Assembly: GCA_965541585.1 (NCBI GenBank)
Contig: CBEUCH010000003.1
Coordinates: forward strand, 160,001 to 224,000
DNA: 64,000 nt
Origin: an uncultured bacterium
Lineage (GTDB): Bacteria > Zixibacteria > MSB-5A5 > UBA10806
Direction of reading: 5' to 3'
This document shows positions 45,849-56,289 of the stretch, piece after piece. The position numbers and the translations under genes were made by a program. Under the pieces are notes generated by a model. The model made no database searches. It saw only the letters and a program-made list of their open reading frames with translations, and was not told the origin of the DNA. Each line of letters begins with the position of its first letter. Position 1 is the stretch's first letter.

Positions 45849-47548
45849 TTTTCCACGACGTTGTGGTAGTTGGGGGTGGTCTGGCCGGTATGCGGGCCGC
45901 CATCGAGGCCGCCAGCGGTGGCGCTGATGTGGCTTTAATCTCGAAGGTTCACGCTCTAAGATCTCATTCCGGAGCCGCCCAGGGTGGAATCAACGCTGCC
46001 GTGGCGAATAATCCCGATTCCAGCGATGACACTCCGGAGAGACACGCCTACGATACTATCAAGGGCTCCGATTTCCTGGCGGATCAGCAAGCGGCTATAA
46101 ACATGACATCCGATGCCCCCGGTGTGATCTATGAAATGGAGCACTGGGGTTGCCCTTTTTCGAGGATGGAGAACGGGAAAATCGCTCAGCGTCCATTCGG
46201 CGGAGCCGGCTATCCCAGGACCTGCTATGGCGCCGATAAAACCGGGCTATATCTGCTTCATACACTCTATGAGCAAACCATTCGACTCAATACCCGCTAC
46301 TATGAGGAATGGATGGTTCTCCAGCTGGCAATCGATGAATCAGGTACCTGCAAGGGCGTGGTTGCCTTAAACATCCCCGATGGCACCCTGGAGATGATAG
46401 CCGCTAATGCGGTTATATTTGCCACCGGCGGTTCGGGCAGGTTGTATGGAAACACGACCAATGCGCATATCTCTACCGCCTTAGGCCTGGCAATACCTTA
46501 TTGGGCGGGGATTCCTCTGAAGGATATGGAATTTATCCAGTTTCACCCGACCGGCTTATTTAAGTCCAATATACTGATGACGGAGGGGTGTCGTGGCGAG
46601 GGTGGTTACCTGACCAATGCCGACGGTGAACGATTTATGAAGCGATACGTCTCGGAGAAGGTGATGGAACTGGCTCCGCGTGATATCGTCAGCCGCTCCA
46701 TCGCCACGGAGATCGAGGAAGGACGAGGATTTGAAGGCGGCTACGTCCATCTCGATTTGCGACATCTCGGCAAAGATAAGATACTCGAACGTCTTCCCGG
46801 TATTCGCGAGATTTGCCTGGACTTCGCCGGCCTGGATCCGATCGATAAACCCATCCCCATCAATCCGGCTGTGCATTATACCATGGGCGGAATCGACTGC
46901 AACGCCGATGGCGAGACAAAATCTCCCGGGTTTTATGCCGCAGGGGAATGTTCATGCGTATCGGTTCACGGCGCCAACAGGCTCGGCGGTAATTCCCTGC
47001 TGGACACGATTGTTTTCGGCAGAAGAACAGGGGCGGCGGCGGCTAAATATGTAAAGAGCCTGAACAAGGCTGGCGATGATGCGACTTTGAACAAAGCCAG
47101 ACAAAAAATCGAGGATCGGATAGCGGCAATGTCCAATCCCGCAGGCACGGAAAATCCCTACAAGATCAAAGATGAATTGCAATCAATGATGCCTGTTAAT
47201 GTCGGCATCTATCGCACCGGCAATGAGTTAGAGGCAGGACTTAAATTTATACATGATTTGAAAAATCGCTTCGGGAAAATTAGACCTCCGAGTAAAACCC
47301 GGGCTTTCAATATGGATAAAGTCTGGATTCTGGAACTGTCCGGAAATCTCGATATCGCCGAGGTGGTCTGTGCCGGTGCTATTCGACGTACCGAAAGCCG
47401 GGGGGCCCATTTTAGACGGGATTATGACAAACGTGATGATGATAACTGGCTGCACCATACTCTGGCAACTTGCACCCCATCGGGACCGGAATTTTCTACC
47501 AGTGTTGTCGATCTCCTCAAATATCCTCCGGAGGAAAGGAAGTACTAA
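45845..47548 (+). CDS. sdhA: Succinate dehydrogenase/fumarate reductase flavoprotein
   Basis: RSHSGAAQGG, QFHPTG, TEGCRGEGG, HYTMGG, HGANRLGGNSL. Confidence 0.95.
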   Translation: MIFHDVVVVGGGLAGMRAAIEAASGGADVALISKVHALRSHSGAAQGGINAAVANNPDSSDDTPERHAYDTIKGSDFLADQQAAINMTSDAPGVIYEMEHWGCPFSRMENGKIAQRPFGGAGYPRTCYGADKTGLYLLHTLYEQTIRLNTRYYEEWMVLQLAIDESGTCKGVVALNIPDGTLEMIAANAVIFATGGSGRLYGNTTNAHISTALGLAIPYWAGIPLKDMEFIQFHPTGLFKSNILMTEGCRGEGGYLTNADGERFMKRYVSEKVMELAPRDIVSRSIATEIEEGRGFEGGYVHLDLRHLGKDKILERLPGIREICLDFAGLDPIDKPIPINPAVHYTMGGIDCNADGETKSPGFYAAGECSCVSVHGANRLGGNSLLDTIVFGRRTGAAAAKYVKSLNKAGDDATLNKARQKIEDRIAAMSNPAGTENPYKIKDELQSMMPVNVGIYRTGNELEAGLKFIHDLKNRFGKIRPPSKTRAFNMDKVWILELSGNLDIAEVVCAGAIRRTESRGAHFRRDYDKRDDDNWLHHTLATCTPSGPEFSTSVVDLLKYPPEERKY

Positions 47549-47549
47549 T

Positions 47550-48275
47550 ATGGCCGGATCATTTAAGATTTTCAGATTTGACCCCGATGACGGCCGTGAG
47601 CCCCACTTCCAGACCTTTCAGGTGGAGGCCACGGAGGGAATGACGGTTCTGGAGGGGATTTTCTGGATTCTTGAGAATGTGGATCCCTCGCTGGCATTCA
47701 GATGCAGTTGCAGGGAGGCCAATTGCGGCTCCTGTGCCATGCATATCAACGGTAAGTATCGCCTGGCCTGCAATACTCAAATCCACAGGCTCAAAGAACC
47801 GGTTACGCTCCGTCCGCTGTCTCATCTTCAGGTGCTCAAAGACCTGGTAGTCGATATGAAACCGTTCTGGGATACCTACGAAAAAATCAAACCGTATCTC
47901 ATCCCGGGGGATGAGCCGCCGGAGAAAGAATATTATCAGTCGGTTGAGGACAGGAAGAAAATAGATCATCATATTGACTGCATTCTATGCGGGGCCTGCT
48001 ACGGCTCCTGTCCTGTAGCTTATGGCGATCCCGATTATCTCGGGCCGCATGCGCTTCTGAAGGCTCTGAGATTTGTCGATGATTCCCGGGACGGGGCCGA
48101 CGATGAGCGACTTGCAATGGTGGCCTCGGATAACGGCGTCTTCCGCTGTCATACGATCTTCAACTGCCAGATTGTCTGCCCCAAGGATCTCAATCCCACC
48201 GGCGCCATAAGCAAGCTGAAGAACAAGATCATTGTCAAAAAATACCCGTTCCTGAAATTCCTTGTTAGAAGTTAA
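47550..48275 (+). CDS. sdhB: Succinate dehydrogenase/fumarate reductase iron-sulfur subunit
   Basis: CREANCGSC, CILCGACYGSC, CHTIFNCQIVCP. Confidence 0.95.
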   Translation: MAGSFKIFRFDPDDGREPHFQTFQVEATEGMTVLEGIFWILENVDPSLAFRCSCREANCGSCAMHINGKYRLACNTQIHRLKEPVTLRPLSHLQVLKDLVVDMKPFWDTYEKIKPYLIPGDEPPEKEYYQSVEDRKKIDHHIDCILCGACYGSCPVAYGDPDYLGPHALLKALRFVDDSRDGADDERLAMVASDNGVFRCHTIFNCQIVCPKDLNPTGAISKLKNKIIVKKYPFLKFLVRS

Positions 48276-48291
48276 AGCGATACAATTTTCC

Positions 48292-48374
48292 GTAGGGGCG
48301 AGGTCTCCTCGCCCTTTTTCTCAGAATCTGTAGGTCGGGTTCCGCTGTGAGCGAAGCGAACGAGAAACCCGACA
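48292..48374 (+). repeat. Two GTAG-type REP-like hairpins
   Basis: GTAGGGGCGAGGTCTCCTCGCCCT (48292-48315); GTAGGTCGGGTT...AAACCCGACA (48330-48374). Confidence 0.7.
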
Positions 48375-48518
48375 GCTTGAATTATCGGCCTTTTCAGCGG
48401 CGTCGGAAACCCATAATCGCGAGCCTTTGGTATTACAAATCAGGCCCTTTATGACAACGAATAGTTGGCAAGCTCCGGCCTTTAAACGCTGCCAGATAAT
48501 GAAAACACAGCAAATAAT

Positions 48519-49061
48519 CTAATGAAATTGTCTAAAAAGCCATTTATCTTCAAATTTATATAATTGCGTGCCGGCACCATCATAAATACTTCGAATTCCG
48601 TCGGAATTCATTTTTTGATCCGCAGGCCCTTTTTGTTTGGGATTATCAAGATAAACGAATTGATCCAGAGTCAAACTTGTATCTTTGAATACAGATAAAC
48701 CGCGTGGAAAGTCAGGTATAAGCAAAACTTCATCTATGGATAACATGTCCCGAAAGTGTTCCCTCTTCGCGATAATAATAAAATATTCTTCTTTACCGCC
48801 TTCCAGTCTTTTACACCAGAATACGGCACTATTATACTTCTTTACCCTGCCTTCATAAGGAAAATAACCGTAAACAAAACAAGGTTCTAAAGTACCTGGT
48901 CTCTTCGAATAGAAATTCTGTAATTGTTCGTATCCATTATTTTCAGCAAGAGTAACCAGTTCTTCGGACATAATTAATATCTTTTCACCATCCGCCTTGA
49001 TTGTGTTCCAGCATATAGCCGCAACAACAACCGAAATCATAACGACAATAATTCGCTTCAC
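48519..49061 (-). CDS. Hypothetical exported protein, AT-rich
   Basis: GTG start with AAGGAG RBS; signal-peptide-like N-terminus. Confidence 0.7.
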   Translation of the reverse strand: MKRIIVVMISVVVAAICWNTIKADGEKILIMSEELVTLAENNGYEQLQNFYSKRPGTLEPCFVYGYFPYEGRVKKYNSAVFWCKRLEGGKEEYFIIIAKREHFRDMLSIDEVLLIPDFPRGLSVFKDTSLTLDQFVYLDNPKQKGPADQKMNSDGIRSIYDGAGTQLYKFEDKWLFRQFH

Positions 49062-49096
49062 TTTTTCTCTCCTTATCTGAAGTTATTGATAAAGCG

Positions 49097-49397
49097 GTAG
49101 GTCGGGTTTTATGCGGTCATTAGGTGGACAAAACCCGACATTTATTCAATTACTTCCCAAATCCACATTTAAATTTCGGTTTTTCAATAACGCCCCAATC
49201 CCTTTGATAATACCTTATTATCGGCTACTTCATCATCCTTTTTAAAGCCTTGATGCGGGAAGACAAGCTCCCCGCCTACATATTTCCGTATGTGCCTTGC
49301 CTGCGAGTCATGGCTTGCCATGACCGCCCATAATTCCGCATATGCGTTTGACAAAACGCCCTTTTGACACGACGGGCGTTCAATTGAACGCCCCTAC
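49097..49397. repeat. Cluster of GTAG-type REP-like hairpins
   Basis: 49097-49140 (+) GTAGGTCGGGTT...AAACCCGACA; 49255-49279 (-) GTAGGCGGGGAGCTTGTCTTCCCGC; 49307-49324 palindrome; 49374-49397 (-) GTAGGGGCGTTCAATTGAACGCCC. Confidence 0.7.
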
Positions 49398-51034
49398 TGT
49401 TCTTCCTCCCTGCCGAAATCATCCGGGTCGGCAGGCTTAACCATAAGCTGCTTTTCCCGCTCGACTATTACCTTGCCCGGTGGGAATTTTCTTGGCTTGC
49501 GGACATATTTCACCTGCGTATAGATGACCGGCACCTTCGAAGATTTTCTGGCTTTAGAGAAATGAGCTGCCAGCGAGGCCGCCTCCAGAAGCGTCTGCTT
49601 ATCGGGGATCGAGTTTTTCGACGGCAACCTTAAAACAGTGTGCGAACCAGCCGCCTGCCAGGCATGAAACCAGTAGTCGTCTTTCGAGGCAATTCTCAGA
49701 GTTAACTCATCATTGTCTCTGTTGGATTTGCCGATCAAGATTTCCCAGCCGCAGGAGGCCTGGAAAGTTCTGTAAGGCTTGCGCTTAGGGATCTGTTTCC
49801 TGGGCGAGGCCCCCGCCCTGGATGGGAATAGTCTCTGTATTTCATTCTCGAGGTTATCGACATCATTATAAAAGTTCGTCTTTACTGCCTCCAGCGCCCC
49901 CGATTTCCGCTTGACCTCCGCAAGTCTTCGTTTCAGCGTCTCTTGAGAGGATACTGATTTCCTGTATCTTTTATAATAATTCTCGGCGTTGGCAGCCGGC
50001 GATTTCGAGGGGTCCAGACCAATCTCAATAAACTGAGGTGATGAGCTCCCCAGATTCCGCAATTTTACCTTGTCCGCCCCTCTTTCTATATCGCGGATAT
50101 TCGCCAGGATCAAATCTCCGAATACCTTGAACCTGGCAGCATCCTCCGCACTTTCAGACTCCTTTTTTATGGCGGCCAGTTTTTTCTTTTGACGGGCTAT
50201 CTCCGCAGATAGAATTTTCTGAAGCGGTTTCAGCCGGCGGTTTTCCTCATCGGCTTCAGATGCCTCACTATAATAAGCCTCGTACATAGATAAGGCAGAA
50301 TCATATCTAACGGCCATTTCATCGGCCCCCAACTCTGGCTCAACGAGGGAGAAGCCGACGATTTGATCGCCCTCTTTGATTACCCAAGCCGGGCTTGGCT
50401 TGATGGCTCGATCCGCGTAATTTCGCAAGGCTTCTACCGTCTGGTGCGGGTCGTCCGTGAGTTCCCTTGTGACGTTTTTGATATCTCTCTGGCTCAATCC
50501 ATAGATTTCCTCATGGATATCGCGGCCATTTTCAATAATCGGAATCAGTCGGCTATTATCGAAATTCAATATGGTTGCCTTTTTCAATGGAGCGGGAGGA
50601 CTGTATAGTCTGATATCTTTCCTCCTGAGCATGCCTTTGACCGCTCCCTTATCATCCGTTAAGTACATATTCCCCATATTGGGGATGATCTCAAAGATGA
50701 TTCGCGCGCATTTCTTCCTGCCCAGCCGATCCTCTTTCTCGAGATGAATCGATATAATTCTGTCGAAATTTAACTGTTCGGCTCTGGTGATCACGGATCC
50801 GACCTGGCCGGGGAAAATGCTCTGAGCGTCTGCATCGACGATCTCTGTTATAGCGATAAATGCGAATTTTCTCTCCACGACATATTTCAGAATCAAATCA
50901 GGATTGGCTAATTTAAGGTAGAGGGTTTTTCGGGATCGGCTGCGAGATATCCCCTGGATTTTTGAATTCTCGAGCCGGGCGATCTCGCGGCTGATACGGG
51001 CGGCATCGAGTACGGTCGGTTTCTGCAAATCCAT
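49394..51034 (-). CDS. rqcH: NFACT/RqcH (FbpA) ribosome quality-control protein
   Basis: FDRII, NAENYYKRY, IGKSNRDNDEL, WFHA...GSH, YTQVKYVRKP. Confidence 0.88.
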   Translation of the reverse strand: MDLQKPTVLDAARISREIARLENSKIQGISRSRSRKTLYLKLANPDLILKYVVERKFAFIAITEIVDADAQSIFPGQVGSVITRAEQLNFDRIISIHLEKEDRLGRKKCARIIFEIIPNMGNMYLTDDKGAVKGMLRRKDIRLYSPPAPLKKATILNFDNSRLIPIIENGRDIHEEIYGLSQRDIKNVTRELTDDPHQTVEALRNYADRAIKPSPAWVIKEGDQIVGFSLVEPELGADEMAVRYDSALSMYEAYYSEASEADEENRRLKPLQKILSAEIARQKKKLAAIKKESESAEDAARFKVFGDLILANIRDIERGADKVKLRNLGSSSPQFIEIGLDPSKSPAANAENYYKRYRKSVSSQETLKRRLAEVKRKSGALEAVKTNFYNDVDNLENEIQRLFPSRAGASPRKQIPKRKPYRTFQASCGWEILIGKSNRDNDELTLRIASKDDYWFHAWQAAGSHTVLRLPSKNSIPDKQTLLEAASLAAHFSKARKSSKVPVIYTQVKYVRKPRKFPPGKVIVEREKQLMVKPADPDDFGREEEQ

Positions 51035-51063
51035 AGATTACCAATTTAAGATAGAATATTGAG

Positions 51064-51091
51064 TTGACAAAACGTCTTTTTAGGGTATTTT
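51064..51091 (+). promoter_or_regulatory. Sigma70 promoter of the yicC-gmk operon
   Basis: TTGACA-N16-TATTTT. Confidence 0.5.
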
Positions 51092-51131
51092 GTAAGTTTT
51101 GTGAAAATGGGCTTTCCTAAAAGGAGTGCAG

Positions 51132-52007
51132 ATGGCGCGCAGTATGACCGGTTTCGGCAGGGCCGATGCCGAAAGAGACGGCAATAAATTTACTGTCGAG
51201 ATAAATACCGTCAATAATCGCTACCTGGAATATCAAATCAGGATTCCAAAATCCCTGGCGCCTCTGGAGAGTGAGATCAAAGACCTGTTGAATGACACCT
51301 TCCGCCGCGGCAAGATTATGGTAAACGTAAACTGGGAGAAGGATTCAGGAGAAGAAGACTTCGTCTTGGACGAAACCAGAACAAACGCCTATATGAAAGT
51401 GTATGAAATGTTGAGGGACAAATATAAAATCAAGGGGGAAGTTTCCTTCAGGGATTTCGTAGCCCTGCCTGACCTCGTTAAAGCCTCAAAAAAGGATGAT
51501 GATCTTGATGAGATCTGGGGGGTCTTAAAGCCGGTCTTGACGGAGGCTGCCGGTGCCGCCGATGAGATGAGATGCACCGAAGGCAAAAATCTCGTTTCAG
51601 ATATGTCTCGGCGAGTGTCGGCGATAAATAGTGTAACCGAGGAGGTTGAATCGCGGGCCTCGAAAAATGTGGAGGTATTTCGGGAAAAGCTGAAATCTCG
51701 GATCAAGGAATTGCAGGAAGATTTTCCGGTCGATGAGCAGCGGATCGCACAGGAGGTGACCATTTTTGCCGAAAAATCGGATATTACAGAGGAATGCATC
51801 AGACTTAAGTCGCATATATCTCAATTCGAGCAAAGTCTTGGCCAGGAAAAACCGATAGGGAAGAGATTGAATTTTATCCTGCAGGAACTCAATCGCGAGG
51901 CTAATACTATCGCCTCCAAATCCTCGGATTACGAAATATCCCACCGGGTTATAATGATAAAAGAAGAGATTGAACGTTTGCGCGAGCAGGTTCAGAATAT
52001 TGAATGA
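51132..52007 (+). CDS. yicC: YicC/YloC family endoribonuclease
   Basis: SMTGFGR, VNNRYLE, DITEE, GKRLNFILQELNREANT, REQVQNIE. Confidence 0.95.
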   Translation: MARSMTGFGRADAERDGNKFTVEINTVNNRYLEYQIRIPKSLAPLESEIKDLLNDTFRRGKIMVNVNWEKDSGEEDFVLDETRTNAYMKVYEMLRDKYKIKGEVSFRDFVALPDLVKASKKDDDLDEIWGVLKPVLTEAAGAADEMRCTEGKNLVSDMSRRVSAINSVTEEVESRASKNVEVFREKLKSRIKELQEDFPVDEQRIAQEVTIFAEKSDITEECIRLKSHISQFEQSLGQEKPIGKRLNFILQELNREANTIASKSSDYEISHRVIMIKEEIERLREQVQNIE

Positions 52008-52064
52008 CATTGGATACCCCTCGGATTTTTCGCGGTATCTTGAACTCCGGGATACGGCTAGTCT

Positions 52065-52703
52065 ATGAATGCCAGGTATAAATCGCCAGGTCTTGTTGCC
52101 ATCCTGTCGGCGCCATCGGGAACCGGCAAGACGACAATTTGTAATAAACTCGTTAAGCGGCATCGCGATTATAGATTCTCTGTTTCAGTCACGACCCGTT
52201 CCCCGAGGAGAAAAGAGCGGGACGGTATCGACTACTATTTTGTAACGAATGAACAATTCGACTCTCTGATAAAAAATAAAAAACTCGCCGAATGGGCATC
52301 CGTTTTTGGAGATCGCTACGGTACGCCGCTTTCAGAGATAAAGAAGGCAATCTCCGCAAATGAGGTTCTTTTATGCGAGATCGATGTTCAGGGGGGGATG
52401 AGTCTCAAACAGAAATATGACGAGGCCGTAGCCATTTTTCTCGTTCCTCCATCTATGGCGGAGTTAAGGCGAAGGTTATTCGGGAGGAAGACTAATACGG
52501 CCGAACAGAGAAAAGTCAGGCTTCAAACGGCGGTCTGGGAATTAAGCTTCTGGAATAGATACGATTATATTGTCTTAAATGATGACCTTAAGAAAGCAAC
52601 GGAAATGGTCGATACGATAATAGCCGCTGAGAGGGAAAAGACGATAAGGCGGAATGATCGACGACTCTGGAGACCGCCGCAGGCCAGGCTTCTGGGCCTG
52701 TAA
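52065..52703 (+). CDS. gmk: Guanylate kinase
   Basis: SAPSGTGKT, SVTTRSPR...DGIDYYF, YGT, IDVQG. Confidence 0.95.
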   Translation: MNARYKSPGLVAILSAPSGTGKTTICNKLVKRHRDYRFSVSVTTRSPRRKERDGIDYYFVTNEQFDSLIKNKKLAEWASVFGDRYGTPLSEIKKAISANEVLLCEIDVQGGMSLKQKYDEAVAIFLVPPSMAELRRRLFGRKTNTAEQRKVRLQTAVWELSFWNRYDYIVLNDDLKKATEMVDTIIAAEREKTIRRNDRRLWRPPQARLLGL

Positions 52704-52756
52704 GGGGAACCATCGATTACCGTGCATTGTTTAAGTTCAGCAGCGTAGGAGGAGTT

Positions 52757-53002
52757 ATGGAAGAAAAAGAGACGAAAGAACCCAACTTAAACGACTACGA
52801 AGCAGTGCTCGTGGCTGCCAAGCTTGCGCGCAGGATAAATGACCTCCGGCTTGCCGCCAAGGAAGAGCTTGCTCCGGAAGAACTGGCCGGAATGGATCAA
52901 CGAAAGGTCACTACGGTCGCCCTCGAGGAATTAAAGAGCGGCAAGGTTCGGCTTGAACGCGTGAAGCCGCAAGAAGAAGAAGAAACTTATGATCTGACCT
53001 GA
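52757..53002 (+). CDS. rpoZ: RNA polymerase omega subunit
   Basis: YEAVLVAAKLARRI...KVTTVALEEL; follows gmk; AGGAGG RBS. Confidence 0.75.
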   Translation: MEEKETKEPNLNDYEAVLVAAKLARRINDLRLAAKEELAPEELAGMDQRKVTTVALEELKSGKVRLERVKPQEEEETYDLT

Positions 53003-53066
53003 TAGGTTTTATCAGGACAGCTACTTAATATTACTGATTTTTCGGATTTGATCCGGGGGATGAGAT

Positions 53067-55289
53067 TTGGCAAAGAACCTTGTAATAGTTGAATCGCCCA
53101 CGAAATCGAAGACCTTAAAGAAATTCCTGGGGAAGCAGTTCGATATACTTGCATCCGGAGGTCATATAAAAGACCTGCCGGTTTCTAAACTCGGAGTGGA
53201 TATAGAAAACGATTTCGAACCGGAATACGTTACTATTCGAGGTAAAGCAAAGGTGATCAAGAGTCTCAAGGATGCGGCGAAATCTTCGAATAAGGTTTAT
53301 CTTGCCCCGGACCCTGATCGAGAGGGAGAAGCCATCGCTTATCATATCGCCGCGGAGATATCCAAAGCTGCCAAAAACCTCTACAGAGTCACTTTCAATG
53401 AGATTACCGAAAGGGCAGTGCTCGGAGGCATTGAAAACGCCGGAGAGATAGATTTAAATAAGGTGAATGCCCAGCAGGCCAGAAGAATTCTCGATCGGCT
53501 GGTGGGATATAAGGTCAGCCCGCTTCTATGGAAGACGGTGTTCCGGGGTCTCTCTGCGGGACGAGTTCAGTCGGTAGCCCTGAAAATCATTTGCGACCGG
53601 GAGGAGGAAATAGAGAAATTTATTCCCCGGGAGTATTGGACGTTCGAAGTGGAATTCAAGACGGGGAAGGGCGAGAGATTCAAGATCAAGCTAACGAAAA
53701 TTGACGGTGAAAAGTCTGACGTTGGATCGGAAGCTGAAGCCAAAAAGATAAAATCGGGAATCGGATCCGCCTCCTTTGTCGTCAAGAGCCATGAAAAGTC
53801 CCAGATGAAGAGGACGCCGCCTGTCCCATTTATCACCAGCAGCCTTCAGCAGGATAGCTTTAATAAACTCCATTTATCCAATAAGGCCACCATGATGATC
53901 GCGCAACAACTCTATGAGGGAGTCGAGCTCGGGGAAGAGGGTCTGACCGGTCTTATTTCTTATATGCGTACCGACTCGACCCGTGTATCCTCGGAGGCGA
54001 AATCCGCGGCCAAGACGACAATCAAAAAGCTTTTTGGAGAACAGTATGTCGCCCACAGCGAACGCAAAACCAAAAAAACCAAAAAAACCCAGGATGCCCA
54101 CGAGGCCATTCGCCCTACCTCCCCTGATTTGACGCCTGATTCGCTAAAGAAGTTTCTCTCGAGAGATCAGCATCGGCTCTACGACCTAATATGGCGGCGC
54201 TTTATGGCTTCCCGGATGGCGTCAGCGGAATACGATGTGGACACCATCGAGGTGGAGGGAGGCAGATTCCTGTTTAAGTCCTCCAAACAAAAGATGGTAT
54301 TCGACGGGTTCACCCGTGTATATAACGACAGTGATAAGGATAATAACAATGGTTTCCCGGAGGTTAGAGCCGGTGAAAAAGTCGATCTGGAGGAAATTTT
54401 CGCCGATCAACATTTTACCGAGCCACCGCCGCGGTTCAACGCCGGCAGCCTTGTGAAAGAGCTCGAACAAAAGGGAATCGGTAGACCCTCGACCTATGCT
54501 CAGATTATCTCCGTGCTCCTCGATAGAAAATACGTTTCGTCCGAAAAAAGGCGTTTTAGCCCCACCGACCTGGGCCGGACGGTGAAGAAGATTTTAATTG
54601 CCAACTTTCCCGATATATTTTCCGAGGAATTCACTGCCCGAATGGAGGAAGAGCTGGATAAGGTGGAGGACGGTTCTTCCAACTGGGTCGATGTTTTGAA
54701 TGATTTTTATAAGCCTTTCAAGATCGATCTCGACAGGGCGGAGGCGCAAAAGGATGAAATCAAGAAACAGGCTGAGGAAAAAACCGATGAGGTCTGCGAG
54801 AAGTGTGGAGAGCCCATGATCATCAAACTCGGCAGGAACGGAAGATTCATGGCCTGTTCCGGCTATCCGAAATGCAAAAATACCAAATCGCTTGAAAACG
54901 ATTTCCAGGATATCGACGAGAAATGCCCTGCCTGTGGTTCTGTCATGCAGATCCGTCATGGCCGTTTCGGACGATTCATCGCCTGTACCAATTATCCGGA
55001 ATGCAAAACGACCAAGAACATTCCTACAGGCGTCAAGTGCCCTGAATCGGGATGCAAAGGCGAGCTTGTGGAACGATCTACAAGACGCGGCAAACTGTTT
55101 TTTTCATGCTCCGAATATCCTGCCTGCGAACATTCGACTTGGTATAGGCCCGTTGACAAGAAGTGCAAATCCTGCAAATTCCCGTATATGGTGGAAAAAT
55201 CATCGCGTGTCAAAGGAGATTATCTATCATGTCTGAAGTGCAAAGCCACCCGGAATATAAAGGTCGAAGAGCCTGTTTCGGCAGGTTGA
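53067..55289 (+). CDS. topA: DNA topoisomerase I
   Basis: LVIVESPTK, DPDREGE, SAGRVQS, SYMRTDS, C-terminal C4 zinc ribbons. Confidence 0.97.
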   Translation: MAKNLVIVESPTKSKTLKKFLGKQFDILASGGHIKDLPVSKLGVDIENDFEPEYVTIRGKAKVIKSLKDAAKSSNKVYLAPDPDREGEAIAYHIAAEISKAAKNLYRVTFNEITERAVLGGIENAGEIDLNKVNAQQARRILDRLVGYKVSPLLWKTVFRGLSAGRVQSVALKIICDREEEIEKFIPREYWTFEVEFKTGKGERFKIKLTKIDGEKSDVGSEAEAKKIKSGIGSASFVVKSHEKSQMKRTPPVPFITSSLQQDSFNKLHLSNKATMMIAQQLYEGVELGEEGLTGLISYMRTDSTRVSSEAKSAAKTTIKKLFGEQYVAHSERKTKKTKKTQDAHEAIRPTSPDLTPDSLKKFLSRDQHRLYDLIWRRFMASRMASAEYDVDTIEVEGGRFLFKSSKQKMVFDGFTRVYNDSDKDNNNGFPEVRAGEKVDLEEIFADQHFTEPPPRFNAGSLVKELEQKGIGRPSTYAQIISVLLDRKYVSSEKRRFSPTDLGRTVKKILIANFPDIFSEEFTARMEEELDKVEDGSSNWVDVLNDFYKPFKIDLDRAEAQKDEIKKQAEEKTDEVCEKCGEPMIIKLGRNGRFMACSGYPKCKNTKSLENDFQDIDEKCPACGSVMQIRHGRFGRFIACTNYPECKTTKNIPTGVKCPESGCKGELVERSTRRGKLFFSCSEYPACEHSTWYRPVDKKCKSCKFPYMVEKSSRVKGDYLSCLKCKATRNIKVEEPVSAG

Positions 55290-55344
55290 TTTCTCTCTTT
55301 ACAACTTGATTAAACGTTTATAACTCATTATAATCCGGACAGGT

Positions 55345-56289
55345 ATGTCGGAGTGGTATAAATATTTATCGGGATTTACCGGGCATATCCAATCAGCTGA
55401 GGGATTGGCTAGCAATACGCTTATCGCCTATCAGTCGGATTGCAGGTCGTTTATCCATTTTCTGAAAGAGAATCACCCGGATTCCTGGAATTCCGGGAGG
55501 GTATCTGCCGCGGAGGGAAGGCTCTTCCTAATTTCCCTCAAGAAAAAAGGGCTGAAGAGGGTATCTCTGGCCAGAAAGCTCGATTCACTCAAGAGATTCG
55601 GAGACTATATTACGGAAATCGGCAGGTGGACATCAAATCCCTTTCGGGAACTGCCATATCCGAGGAAGGAACATTATCGCGCCGAATATTTAACCCCTGA
55701 AGAGGCGTATGGCATGCTGTCCCTGGAATTTCAAAACAACTTCATCGGCATTCGTGATTGTGCCATGCTCGAACTTTTCTATGGTTGCGGGATCAGGTTA
55801 TCGGAACTGGTCGGTATAGATATTAAAGACATACGATTCAGGGAGAGAATTATCAGAGTTTTCGGAAAAGGTGGCAGGTACCGGATAGTGCCCTTAGGTT
55901 CCAAGGCAGCCGATATTTTACAACGATATCTTGATGGGAGAAAGAAAAAAATCACCTGCGAAGGTATCGAAGAGTTAGCGGGTCAGGCTGCATTTTTGAA
56001 CAATCGCGGAGGCCGCATATCTCCAAGAAGCGTGGGCAGAATCATCAAGGGATATCTTCTGAAATCATCGGAGAAGCAAAAACTCTCCACTCACAGCCTG
56101 AGGCACTCATTCGCCACCCACCTGCTGGAGGCGGGCGCGAATCTCAGGGCAGTTCAGCAGATGCTGGGGCATTCGAGCCTGAAAACCACACAACAATACG
56201 CCCACACCACAACAGGCCGCCTGATCTCCGTATACAAAAGGGCTCATCCCCGATGGGAGAAAGAGGGAAATGAAAGAAAGAGCTTATAG
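55345..56289 (+). CDS. xerC: Tyrosine recombinase XerC-like
   Basis: GIRLSEL, GKG, HSLRHSFATH, LGH, TTQQY; topA-xerC-hslVU synteny. Confidence 0.88.
   Translation: MSEWYKYLSGFTGHIQSAEGLASNTLIAYQSDCRSFIHFLKENHPDSWNSGRVSAAEGRLFLISLKKKGLKRVSLARKLDSLKRFGDYITEIGRWTSNPFRELPYPRKEHYRAEYLTPEEAYGMLSLEFQNNFIGIRDCAMLELFYGCGIRLSELVGIDIKDIRFRERIIRVFGKGGRYRIVPLGSKAADILQRYLDGRKKKITCEGIEELAGQAAFLNNRGGRISPRSVGRIIKGYLLKSSEKQKLSTHSLRHSFATHLLEAGANLRAVQQMLGHSSLKTTQQYAHTTTGRLISVYKRAHPRWEKEGNERKSL

Noticed and set aside
54066..54089. Phase-variable tract in topA
   Set aside because: In-frame 9-nt repeat encoding KTKKTKKT in an intact essential gene.
55345..56289. Mobile-element integrase
   Set aside because: topA-xerC-hslVU context marks it as housekeeping Xer.
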